NCBI RefSeq assembly: GCF_001194135.2
Contig: NC_069006.1
Coordinates: 19,140,885-19,176,425, forward strand
Direction of reading: 5' to 3'
DNA from: Octopus bimaculoides
Taxonomy: Eukaryota
Length of the DNA: 35,541 nucleotides
Positions 1 through 10,830 of the stretch are shown piece after piece. The notes under the pieces are model-generated. The model saw only the letters and a program-made list of their open reading frames with translations, ran no database searches and was not told the origin of the DNA. Positions within the stretch are counted from its first letter, which is position 1, and every line of letters begins with the position of its first letter. Both the position numbers and the translations under genes were made by a program.

Positions 1-39
<39 letters not shown>

Positions 40-945
40 TTACAGTGTTTTGATTGATGATCATTTTGTATCCTGGTTCTATTTTGTTGCATAGTAGCTT
101 ATATAAAATGACTGATTTTCCCTAATTAACTTTACTATTATTTACTGAAGATAGTGACATAATGGTGGATAATTTTATGCTTTTACAGTCTCTTGTTGCA
201 TGATTCATGTCAGATGAAGGTGATAGAATATATATTTATTTATTCCAGTTCTCACATATTGTTGCATTTTCACATGTCATTTCATTTAAGCCAAGATTTA
301 TTTTGTATTATATTACAATAGAAAACAAAGGTCACAGCTGGAGAAATTGGTTTTCATGTCATCTCTTGATTTGTCTTTATATTTGCTGTCATTAGATTAC
401 TACAGACAAGTGCTGAGCATAAAATAATACGTAATGTGTGGTCAGGTGAGGGGAAAGTAGGAGAGTGGTCTGCATAGACCTGAAAGTTCTGATGATGACC
501 ACATCCAGAGACCACAAAGAAATTGTGGAGCTGTACTTCATTGTGAGTGCAAAAAGTAAGGCCATTAGATTGGTGGTACAGACTAGAAAGCCCTGTGATA
601 GTAAGAGCCATCTCAGGGTATTTTAAACCAGATGAGCTGGAAAAGCAGAAGGGGGTTGGGAGAGAGAGAGAGAGAGAGAGAGAAAACAACTGTGTAGTTA
701 GATTAGCAGCAACAACACCCAGAAACTGTTTCTAGAACACCACTAGTGACAGTTCTAAGGAGAGCCAAAAACTCACCTTGTCTTTAATGTTAGGAGCCAA
801 AAGCTCCTTATTCCCATCCAAGTAGTGGCCCTTCTGGGATTGGATGTTTTTGCTTATGAAATGGAAATGAGAAAGAGGCGGTAAATTGCATTGGAAAGAG
901 AGATTTATGATTGTGTGAAGCAACAATAAGTTGAACTAACGGGAG

Positions 946-1368
946 CAAAGCTGGATTAAGGCCCATAGAAGCCCTAAGCTATTAAAAAAGATTTTGGTGT
1001 CCCCATATATATGTAATTCAAAATATAAACAATGATGAACCATGAAATAAATTTTTTATTTTCCAAAATGAAACAAAACTAACACTAAGATGGAAAATAA
1101 TGTTTATTTTTGTATACTTCCACTTTATTTATATTTGAAAAGTTTTCTACTTTTTTTAATTACAAAGTTTTTGATCAGATCCTCACCATGACACCATGAA
1201 CATTTTGAAATTATATTTCCAATCATATAAATCACTTTGAATATTATTTTAGCAAGTTTAAAGCGATTTCTTTTGTGCCACAGACCATTTACCATTTCTC
1301 TGGTGCTCTCCACTTCCCTTGATGCTCTAAGCACGTGCTTATTTTGCTTAATGGTTAATCCAGCACTG
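946..1368. mobile_element. Non-autonomous DNA transposon (MITE-like), degraded
   Basis: Imperfect terminal inverted repeats CAAAGCTGGATTAA (946-959) and TTAATCCAGCACTG (1355-1368) around an AT-rich interior. No clear target-site duplication (TSD). Confidence 0.5.
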
Positions 1369-1810
1369 AATAGAATGTTTCAATAAATGTGATGAAGATA
1401 ATGACATGCTGATTGGTGGGAAAGGAAATGGGACCAACATTCAAAAGATGCCCTGGTGGGAAACTGCTGTTGGTGAAAACCCACATCAGTACTGTTTCTC
1501 AATTTGAAACTACTCTGCCCTGAGGGTGTGGTATGCTTCTTGCCACTACCAACTGAGAGGGCATGGTTGGCTGCATCAGAAGGAGTAACAAATGGTCATT
1601 GTCTTAGAGTATTTTGAGTTTGTCTAGATGTTAGCTTATCACTCATTTGTGGGTAGGTTACTCTTATTTCATCACCATCGTCATCACCATCACCATCGTC
1701 ATTGTCATTACCACAATCATTTAACATCTGTTTTCTATGCTTATTTATTTATATTTATGTATGTATACTTATCAATTCATCTTGTACATGTTATATTATT
1801 TGCATCAAAA

Positions 1811-1978
1811 AGGAGGCAAGCTGACAGGATTGTTAGCACATCGGGCGAAATGCTTAGCAGTATTTCATCTGCTGCTACGTTCTGAGTTCAAATTCCGCCA
1901 AGGTCGACATTGCCTTTCATCCTTTCGAGGTCAATAAATTAAGTACCAGTGAAACACTGGGGTCAGTGTAATCAACTG
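1811..1978 (+). mobile_element. tRNA-derived SINE, family 'D' (working label)
   Basis: GAGTTCAAATTCC B-box-like motif. Homologous copies at 5933, 13280, 24191, 30608 and 31138. Confidence 0.8.
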
Positions 1979-2295
1979 TTACAACATAGTGTTACAATAT
2001 AGTGTTACAATATAGTGTTACAATATAGAATCATTTCTCAAGGCACCAGTACACAGTTTACAGATGCTTGCATTTTTTATTGTTGTATTTGGGGATGGTC
2101 ATGTTGCCAGTTTAGCCAATAAAAACACACACATTATATATTTAGTATTCATTTGCTTCAGCTTTATTTTATATTAATCGTATTTCAGCCAGGAGTTCTT
2201 TCGTCACACTTCTGTGACCTCATCAGTGGTCCTTTGCTTTCTTCTTTCTTTTACATTTTTCATGTTTTCCGTGAAGTTTTCACAGGTCCAGCTAG

Positions 2296-2297
<2 letters not shown>

Positions 2298-2335
<38 letters not shown>

Positions 2336-2400
2336 TCTTCTTCTTCTCCTTCTTCTTCTCCTCTTCCTCCTCCTCCTCCTCCTCCCTATTATTATTATTA
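2298..2400. repeat. Compound trinucleotide microsatellite (TAT)n-(TCT)n-(CCT)n-(TAT)n
   Basis: Read directly. It abuts the polypyrimidine tract of the acceptor at 2418-2419. Confidence 0.95.
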
Positions 2401-2419
2401 TTTCTGTTTTCTCTTGCAG

Positions 2420-2556
2420 AATATAACCAGAATGTTCACTAGACCAACTCCCCCAAACCACCCTGGGTGCCAGGTTCAAAGTTTATTCCTATAGCAGCTG
2501 TTGATGTTTCACTGATAAACATCTCTAAAGAATCTCTCCTGGATTTTACGGCAACC
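2420..2556 (+). other. PITPNM: 5' UTR portion of the first coding exon of the PITPNM-like gene
   Basis: Acceptor TTTCTGTTTTCTCTTGCAG ends at 2419. An in-frame TAG at 2440-2442 precedes the ATG at 2557. Confidence 0.65.
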
Positions 2557-2634
2557 ATGTTGATAAAAGAATATCGCATCCCCCTACCTCTTACGGTTGA
2601 TGAATACCGCATCGCACAGCTGTATATGATACAG
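2557..2634 (+). CDS. PITPNM: PITPNM/rdgB-like coding exon 1: MLIKEYRIPLPLTVDEYRIAQLYMIQ
   Basis: Typical PITP N-terminus. Start context GCAACCATG, donor CAG|GTATGG, 78 nt, phase 0. Confidence 0.97.
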
Positions 2635-2998
2635 GTATGGTATGCTTCATTTCATTGTATTACTAAGTCTTGTGAAGAGCTATCTCATGTATTACATGTA
2701 CATATATCTATACTTTTACATACCTATCCTATGTGATACATGTAAGATATTTCAGTGTTATGTAGCTGTCCATGATATACCTATTCTACATAACTGTCCT
2801 ATATATATTCATGTAAGATATCTCAATGCTTTTGTATAGCTGTCTCATATGATACATGTGAAATATACCAGTCACATGTAGCTGTCTATGTGGATACTGC
2901 CTGATTTTGGAATCAAACCCACAATCTTACGATCATGAGTCCAACATCCTAACTGCTAAGCCATGTACCTCCTTTATTTACTTAAATATATGCACACG

Positions 2999-3148
<150 letters not shown>

Positions 3149-3366
3149 ATTACTCAACCTTTTCTTCAGTTTCTCTAGAAAGAGCAAACAATTCATTATT
3201 AGTCTTTTTATTCTTTTTGGGTATTTTTAGCTTATAGCTTCTACTTATAAGTTCATAATTAAATCTTTTATGGAATCCCATACAGGACATTCCATAGCTT
3301 TTCAGCTTACAAATAGCCTGTCTTTTATAGCATCAGGTTTGCAGGAAATAGCATTTCTTCTTTCGA

Positions 3367-3585
3367 CCTTTTAGCATTTAAACCTAACATGACTGGCCTA
3401 AATATTTTACTTGTTTTATTTTCAAACCAGCCAGATTGAGCCCCTTAAACCTGCCTTAGAATTCATTCTAAAAATAAACAATCATATCATTGGACTCAAA
3501 GCTATGAGATAATGCATAATTAATTCGAAACAATGTGAATAAGTAAACGTTACATTTGGCCGAGAGTAATCAGAATTCTGAAGAG
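3367..3585 (+). mobile_element. piggyBac-like MITE, copy 1
   Basis: Homologous to copies 2-5. Degenerate left end CCTTTTAGCATT. It ends at TTAA 3586-3589. Confidence 0.75.
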
Positions 3586-3589
3586 TTAA

Positions 3590-3804
3590 CCCTTCAGTAT
3601 TTAAACTGGTTATATCTGGCCCAAATATTCAACCTGTTTTGTGTTCAAACTGACTGATCTAGCCTCTCATACCTGCCCTACAATGTCATTCTAGAAATAA
3701 TCACCTCATCAAAATCTCAAAGCTATGAGATAATGCATGATTAATTGAAAGCAGTGTGAATAAATAAGCATTACAGTTGACAAAATAATCTGAATGCCAA
3801 AGGG
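3590..3804 (+). mobile_element. piggyBac-like MITE, copy 2
   Basis: TTAA|CCCTTCAGTATT ... AATGCCAAAGGG|TTAA. TTAA flanks with CCC/GGG termini are the piggyBac signature. Confidence 0.8.
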
Positions 3805-3989
3805 TTAACATAGTTTATGAGAGAGAATATTTGTTTTCAACATATGCTGATGAGTGTGTGACGATTGTTAAAATAGTCATAAAATTGTTTAATAAGTCAT
3901 ATTTTGAATTACAAAATCCTTCTGTCATGTTTTTAAACATCTACCTATATTGAAGAATATTTACTGTGAAATGGGTAAATTGTCTGCTG

Positions 3990-5680
3990 TTAAACTAGTA
4001 ACTTCTCCATTTGGAAATCAAGATCAAGATGCTTTCTGGCTCAATAGACAGGAAATGAACAGCTTTTGAGATAAACTGGGATTATAGGTTACCTTTGGGT
4101 CTAATAGTTTGGGTGCTGAAAAGTTCCTGGCTTTGAGTAAAAGAAAATACAGGAGAATCAGTTAATTATGATCTTATTCAACATATTCCCCTCTCAGATT
4201 CACAGTGGTCCTTTAGTTATCCTAAGCCCTGTAAAAGAACCCAGAAAATTGGGCCTCCAGCCAGGCCTTTCACAATATCCTTAAAGCCAGAAACTTTCCA
4301 GCACCTCCTTGTACTAATAATTTCATTGTTACTGAAAAGAAACCTCTTTCTAACTTGAATACGTAGTTCCACGAGGAATTTCAAGCAATCTGTTGTTAAT
4401 CTAATATTGATTACATCATCAAAAGGTTCTCTAATTAAATATGCTGTTGCCTTTCCTACAATGTAAACATCATTAATGATTTTCATAATTATTTCATTAC
4501 TAAACTTATTTTCTGTTAATTAATAAACCCAAAATATTTCAACATTTTGTTTGTAAACTGTCCTTCTGCTGCAACACACGGAAAAAAGAAAAGTAACATG
4601 TCTCTGATTCTGAGATTGCTTAATGCTTTATAAATTTTCCCGGCACCATCAACTTTGTCAGCTTTTGAGTTAAATTGTTCTGATATTGTAAAAATGGTTT
4701 CTAGAGAAAGCCATGTAATTCATGCAAGTTTAGCTATTTTGTGGCAAGTTTCCATATCAACTTTTCGAATAGGCGTGAACTTCCATTATCTCTTGCTGCT
4801 GAGAGAAAAGTTAAGATGTTAAATATTTTATGAAAGCCTCTAAATACAAGGGCAATTTACTGACAGCATACAAAGGGTAAAAAAATTACAGATGCATGCG
4901 ATAATACAAACAGAAGATACATCATCTTTTAGTAATTTCTGGAACCCACTTTTGGTGACCCTCACAGAAGAACAATTATCACTTGTGAATCTTAATTATA
5001 TTTTCTGGAGGAATATTTCTGTCATGCAAGGTAGATCTGGCAGCATTGTTAAAATCAAGAGCTATTCCATTTTCAACAATTACAGTATCTAACAATACAT
5101 CCAAGACATCATGTTTATTCAAATCAAAGTATTTCACAGCTGTAGCCAATATTTGGGTAACTGAAATGTCAGTATTTTCACCAATTATTAGAAAATACTT
5201 TTGTAACCTGTGTATCTTATGGACATTCATTATCACTATGTTTTCATGTCATCTGTTATGACATACAAAAGTTTAGTTCTTTTCATTGATAATTTTTTCA
5301 TTAATCTTACTGTCCAGAAACACTCTCTTACATACCATCAGCATTTGTAAAGAAAATGTTATGTTCAGCAAAATAGCCAGCAATAAGCCATTCATTTTTT
5401 TTAGCATTTGTTCACTTTCTGTTGATTCCTTTTTTTCAGCATGATTTCACTAATATCAATACTAGATTTAGCCATGTCAAAGCATTTCTTATGTTTGGCA
5501 CAAGTTTCATTAGCATGGATTTACTTGCATTTCTCAGAGTAACATTGCAGTATTTACAGTAGCCAGTTTCATTGTATTTCTTGTTGAAGCTAATCCTTAA
5601 ATTTAGGATTTTGTGGTTACTCTATCTTGAAAGGTTGTGCATTCTATTTCCGTTTTTTGTGGGAGTTTACATTTCATTGC
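3990..5680 (-). pseudogene. Degraded hAT-superfamily transposase (N-terminal zinc finger plus DDE domain), interrupted by a mariner MITE
   Basis: Minus-strand pieces with stops and frameshifts: QPFKIE*PQNPKFKD*LQ, GYCKYCNVTLRN..KHKKC, IAGYFAEHNI, SMKRTKLLYVI, LIIGENTDISV, GFTSDNCS, CICN, KIAKLA*ITWLS, KFLVELRIQVRKRF, LLDPKV. Confidence 0.85.
4111..4311 (-). mobile_element. Mariner-derived MITE, copy 1
   Basis: Terminal inverted repeats (TIRs) GGGTGCTGAAAAGTTCCTGGCTTT / AAAGCCAGAAACTTTCCAGCACCTCC, with TA at 4312-4313. Reverse complement of the copies at 6768 and 7622. Confidence 0.85.
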
Positions 5681-5932
5681 TCATTATGATAAAGGGCAGG
5701 TGTAACAATTTTATGACAACTGGAAATATGACACTGTTTATATACAACTCATACACAAGGGATGACAAATATCAATGTGAAAGGTAGGGTTGCTTGGTAC
5801 AAAGGAACTAATGTAGTACAACTTACATGCTCCACATATACATACTCATACTCAAATACACACATACATAAGTGTATCAGTGCTGTGAAAAAAAAATGCT
5901 GGCCTATGGAATTAATATTTTAATTACTCTTA

Positions 5933-6080
5933 AGGCGGTAAGATGACCGAATTGTTAGCATGCCGGGCATTATGCTTAGCGGTATTCCATCCATATTTAC
6001 ATTCTGAGTTCAAATTTCACCGAGGTCAACTTTGTCCTTCAGCCTTTTGAAATGGATAAAATAAGAACCAGTTGAGCATT
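5933..6080 (+). mobile_element. SINE family 'D' copy
   Basis: Homologous to 1811-1978 (TTGTTAGCA..TGCTTAGC..GAGTTCAAATT..GAGGTC). Confidence 0.75.
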
Positions 6081-6189
6081 GGTAAAAATGTTAGCATGTT
6101 GGACAACAATGCTTAGTGGCTGAGATCGCCCTTCAGTACTTCATCCCATGTCTTCATGGGTCTCCCTCTGTATGACGAAAATACCAGTA

Positions 6190-6765
6190 CTAACTTACAC
6201 TAGCTTCTGTACTATTACTAGGCAACTGCAGCTTTACTATAGCTACTATTACTGCAGACTCCTACTTGTAATAACTATCATATTATTACTACACCCCCCC
6301 ACCCCATTTTACTATAGCTCCTATACTATCACTACACTTTACTCTACTATATTTTTACTACAACTCTATCACTACAATACTATAGCTTCTGTACTATCAC
6401 TACATGCACTCCTATTTATACTAGTAATGTTGTCACTAAAACTACCCTTACCTTACTATTGGTATTATAATAGCACTGTAATCAACCCTACCTCACTATA
6501 GATCCTGTTCTATCTCTATCACAATATCTGTTTTACTTTGTGCACTATACCATCCCTATAACATCTCTGTATCCACTATACTGTGACTAAAAAACCAACA
6601 CTGCTTTATTCTAACTGCTTTATTACCTCTATAATTATATCTATATCACTCTAGCTACTATACTATTGCATTACTATGTAGGTACTATACTATTGCCTAC
6701 CTTACTATAGCTACTATGCTATAACTACAGCCACCCCTATCTTGATATAGCTACTTTACTATCAC
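6190..6765. repeat. Degenerate TACTA/TAGCTACTA-rich minisatellite, resuming at about 7850-7990
   Basis: Repeated TACTATAGCTACTAT-like units on both sides of the MITEs and the gap. Confidence 0.75.
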
Positions 6766-6767
6766 TA

Positions 6768-6975
6768 TGAGGAGGTGCTGAAAAGTTCCTGGCTTTAAGG
6801 GTATCATGAAAGGCATGGCTGGAGGCCCAACCTTCTGAGTTCTTTTACAGGATTTATAACAACTGAAGAATCACTTCAGTAAGTGTGTGAGTCTGAGAGA
6901 GGAATATGTTGAATGAGATAATAATTAACTGGTCCTCCTGTATTTTTTTTTACCCAAAGCCAAGAACTTTTCAGC
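6768..6975 (+). mobile_element. Mariner-derived MITE, copy 2 (right end runs into the N gap)
   Basis: TA|TGAGGAGGTGCTGAAAAGTTCCTGGCTTT at the left. The interior resembles a mariner transposase C-terminus (WLEAQPSEFF..KCVSLREEYVE). Confidence 0.85.
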
Positions 6976-7621
6976 NNNNNNNNNNNNNNNNNNNNNNNNN
7001 NNNNNNNNNNNNNNNNNNNNNNNNNNNNNNNNNNNNNNNNNNNNNNNNNNNNNNNNNNNNNNNNNNNNNNNNNNNNNNNNNNNNNNNNNNNNNNNNNNNN
7101 NNNNNNNNNNNNNNNNNNNNNNNNNNNNNNNNNNNNNNNNNNNNNNNNNNNNNNNNNNNNNNNNNNNNNNNNNNNNNNNNNNNNNNNNNNNNNNNNNNNN
7201 NNNNNNNNNNNNNNNNNNNNNNNNNNNNNNNNNNNNNNNNNNNNNNNNNNNNNNNNNNNNNNNNNNNNNNNNNNNNNNNNNNNNNNNNNNNNNNNNNNNN
7301 NNNNNNNNNNNNNNNNNNNNNNNNNNNNNNNNNNNNNNNNNNNNNNNNNNNNNNNNNNNNNNNNNNNNNNNNNNNNNNNNNNNNNNNNNNNNNNNNNNNN
7401 NNNNNNNNNNNNNNNNNNNNNNNNNNNNNNNNNNNNNNNNNNNNNNNNNNNNNNNNNNNNNNNNNNNNNNNNNNNNNNNNNNNNNNNNNNNNNNNNNNNN
7501 NNNNNNNNNNNNNNNNNNNNNNNNNNNNNATCAGACGTAGTTGGAATTTTATTGATTAATATATTCTTCTATACAAAATCATACAAACTCGGATGTGTGT
7601 GTTTATGTGTGTGTGTGTACA

Positions 7622-7827
7622 TGAGGGGTGCTGAACAGTTCCTAGCTTTAAGGATGTTGTGAAGAGTCGAGATGGAAGCCCAACTTTCTTCTGGGTTCTT
7701 TTATGGGGCCTCGGAAAACTGAAGGACCACTGCAATAAGTGTGTGAATCTGAGAAGGGAATAATTAACTGATCCTCCTGTATCTTCTTTTGCCCCAAAAT
7801 CAGAAACTTTTCAGCCCCCCCCCCTCA
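7622..7827 (+). mobile_element. Mariner-derived MITE, copy 3
   Basis: TGAGGGGTGCTGAACAGTTCC ... AAACTTTTCAGCCCCCCCCCCTCA|TA. Retains codons for KLKDHCNKCVNLR. Confidence 0.85.
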
Positions 7828-8652
7828 TATACGTCACCTCCTTTCTCATACTAATGCTACTTTATCAATACTAACCATGTCTATTTAAAGCTGCATAAGT
7901 ATCACTACAACTACATCTGCCTTACTATAGCTACTATGCTAGCTCTATAACCACTTCTATATTTAGCTCCTCGACTATCAATACACTTTCTATCTTGCTT
8001 CTTGTATAAGAAAGAGCAGGGATATGTAATGGAACATTCTGTTGCCAGGAAACGTTAATTCCATTGATTTCTTGACCAAATATGAAGTGATTCACAAAAT
8101 AAAGATGTAGGACTTAAAATGTCGCATCTCATTGCAAGCAGCTGCACATATTATGATGCCTGATTAATTATGTAATTATACCTGGCAGGTGTGAGCCATG
8201 TGAGCAATTGACTAACTAATCTTTCTTAATCTTTCCCTCACAATTTAATCCTTACTTTGTCTGGGACACTTTTTTAACTTTGTCACATTTATCAATGTGT
8301 GTGTATGTGTGTGTGTGTGCATGTATGTTTGTTCATGCATGTGTGTGAGTATGTAGATCAAGTGCAATCATGTGTGTGTGTGTGTGTGTGTGTGCTTGTG
8401 TGTATTAGACTTAACCTCACCTTTACATATCTCTGTATAACTTTTGGTCAACTGAAACCTCAGTTTTCTCCCTTGTACCTTTTTCAGGTGAATTTTCATT
8501 AACACTTAGGACTGTCCTTCTCATTCCAAGTATATTTCCAATTGATGGAAACTAATTTTTGGCTCACCACATTAATTATGGTATCCTGCACTTAGCTATA
8601 TATTCTTCTTGCAGCAAGCGTCCTTGGGAAATTTCTCAGTGTCATTATTTTA

Positions 8653-8892
8653 CCCCTTTAGCATTCAGATTATTGTGTCATATGTATTTGGGCCATATCC
8701 AACCCAAATATTCCACCTGTTTTATGTTGAAACTGACCAGATTTAGCCTCCCACACCTAACCTACAATGACATTCAAGAAATAAACAATCACATCATCAA
8801 AATCTCAAAGCTACAAGATAATGCATGATTAATTCAAAACAATGTGAATAAATAAGCATTGCATTTCACAGAGTAATCTGAATGCTAAAGGG
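8653..8892 (+). mobile_element. piggyBac-like MITE, copy 3, with extended TIR
   Basis: CCCTTTAGCATTCAGATTA ... TAATCTGAATGCTAAAGGG|TTAA. Confidence 0.85.
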
Positions 8893-9034
8893 TTAAGGTG
8901 TCAGCTTAAATTATTGATTGGCTGTTAACTGTTTCACTGAATGTATAATGTGTTTATAGCTTTTGTCATGTATCATGGTCCTGAACAGTGATCATTATAG
9001 AGCAAAAGAGTGTCTCTTGGGATGCTTTTGTACA

Positions 9035-9173
9035 GCTGTGGCTGTGTGGTAAGAAGTTTGTTTCCTAACCACATGTTTTCAGGTTCAGTCCTGCTGTGTG
9101 GCACCTTGGGCAACTGTCCCACTCAAAGCTTTCTGAGTGGATTTGGTTGATGAAAACTAAAAGAAGCCTGTTG

Positions 9174-9175
<2 letters not shown>
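9035..9175 (+). mobile_element. SINE family 'A', head module
   Basis: GTGGCTGTGTGGTAAGAAG..GGTTCAGTCC..GCACCTTGGGCAA, followed by (CA)n. Other head copies at about 22350-22435 (-), 23700-23850 (+), 28850-28990 (-), 29470-29615 (-) and 31845-31990 (-). Confidence 0.8.
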
Positions 9176-9214
<39 letters not shown>

Positions 9215-10315
9215 ATACACAAGGAAAATATAACACAAGGATGATGGATAACAGGCCTTAATAGTAGATGGTAGCATTTGTTACTGCACTGCACATCAGC
9301 TCATATGTATGTATGTACGTATGTATGCAGGTAGGTAGTAGGTAGATATGTATGTACATCTGCAAGTATGTATGTATGTATATATATATAGTGTATGTAT
9401 GTGTGTGTGTGTGTTACTATCTCCTTGCCTTGGCATTGCATGATAGACATGTCACCATCACACTGTTGGCCAAAAGGACCATTTCACAACAACCACTTTT
9501 GCAATCAACTGAATAACTAGGAAAATAGAAGGTCTCAAAATAACTCAGTGGTTTGTCTTCTGAAACAAAATTTATCCAGGAATCCATATTTGAGATCTAA
9601 ACAGTTGAAATTTCAAGTGGTTTTTGACTTAAGAGTGACTTTTATGTCAAGTGTCAAGATAAGAAGAAACATGATTTCAGATTATAGTCCTTTCTAATGA
9701 CAGCAGCTATTCTCTTAGATAATATCAGTAGTCACATTACACTTCTGTGTTGAACTTGGTATAGAATCATATACAATACGAGCTTCATACAGTTGTTTCT
9801 TTACTAACAACCTGAATGGGATTAAGATTATCATAATTGTTTTGATAATATGTAAAAGGAAACCAGTCTGTTTGATTAGCACTGTATAAATTCATTATAG
9901 TGCACTAATTAGTAATCTGTTTAGAAAACCAGCAAACAGATTTGTTTCATACATTGTTATTGAGTGGAATTTAGAAATAACAAAAGGCTAACTTTACATG
10001 CATTTTGGATGTGAAACATGGAGTTTTCTTTTGTTTTCAGAGAATAACATTTTGGTAGTGTAGCATTATATAGTTTGGCTTAAGTTGTTGATTTGGAATC
10101 AAATTTATTTATGTTTAACATTGAAATTACAGACTTGCATGAAATATTTTTCAGTTTCCAAGATGCTAGTTATAGTATTGCAATTGAGTTAGTGGAGAAG
10201 AAACGAGACTTTGTACTTGAAAAAAAACGATAAAAACTATAAGTGTTTCTTTCAAGAAATTGAAATCAAAAAAAAAAAAATAGGTGGTTTACAAATACAG
10301 GAAAGGAAATTGGAT

Positions 10316-10830
10316 TCATCATCATCATCATTGTCGTAATTTAACATCCGTTTTCCCATGTTGGCATGGGTTAGACGGTTTGACTGGTAAGCTGGAGAAC
10401 TGCACCAGGGTCCAGTCTTTTTTGGCTTGGTTTCTGCAACTGGACACCCTTCCTAATGCCAACCATGCCAAGAGCGTAATGGGTGCTTTTTCCATGCCTC
10501 CAGCTCAGACGCCATTTACATGACACTAGCAACGGCCATGACTACAATTCCACTGGTGCCATTTACATGACATTGGCAACAGCCATAGCTACCATTTCAC
10601 TTGGGTTAACCGATAATGGTCACAACTACAGTTTCACTTGACTTAACAGGTCTTTTCAAACACAGCATATTACAAACGGTTTCCATCTCTTGTCATCTCC
10701 TCTGTGATGCCCAACATTTGAAGATCATGCTACCAGCAATGGTCACAATTATGATTGTTGCAAGGTCAGTGGCAATGACCAGCATCATTAGTGTGTGTGG
10801 CAGGGGACGAAAGTGGAGTTTAAGCTGAAC
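10316..10830 (-). mobile_element. SINE-like family 'E' with (GAT)n tail
   Basis: CATCAT..TTTAACATCCG..CCATG..GGATGCCCTTCCTAATGCCAACC-type core shared with 11381, 11700, 19928, 24415, 31520 and 34850. Strand assumes the microsatellite is the 3' tail. Confidence 0.7.

Noticed and set aside
354-926. ORFs in GC-moderate unique sequence near the window start
   Set aside because: No recognisable domain; frames are short and partly (GA)n. The region may be UTR or regulatory but is not supportable as CDS.
6906-7559. Long ORFs of 217-262 aa here, at 20224-21012 and at 34968-35536
   Set aside because: They run through N gaps, so they are artefacts.
10021-10060. Strong acceptor TTTTCTTTTGTTTTCAG at 10040
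   Set aside because: Phase 0 hits TAG after five codons and no frame-preserving donor follows. It is a decoy or would give a poison exon; there is no support for either.
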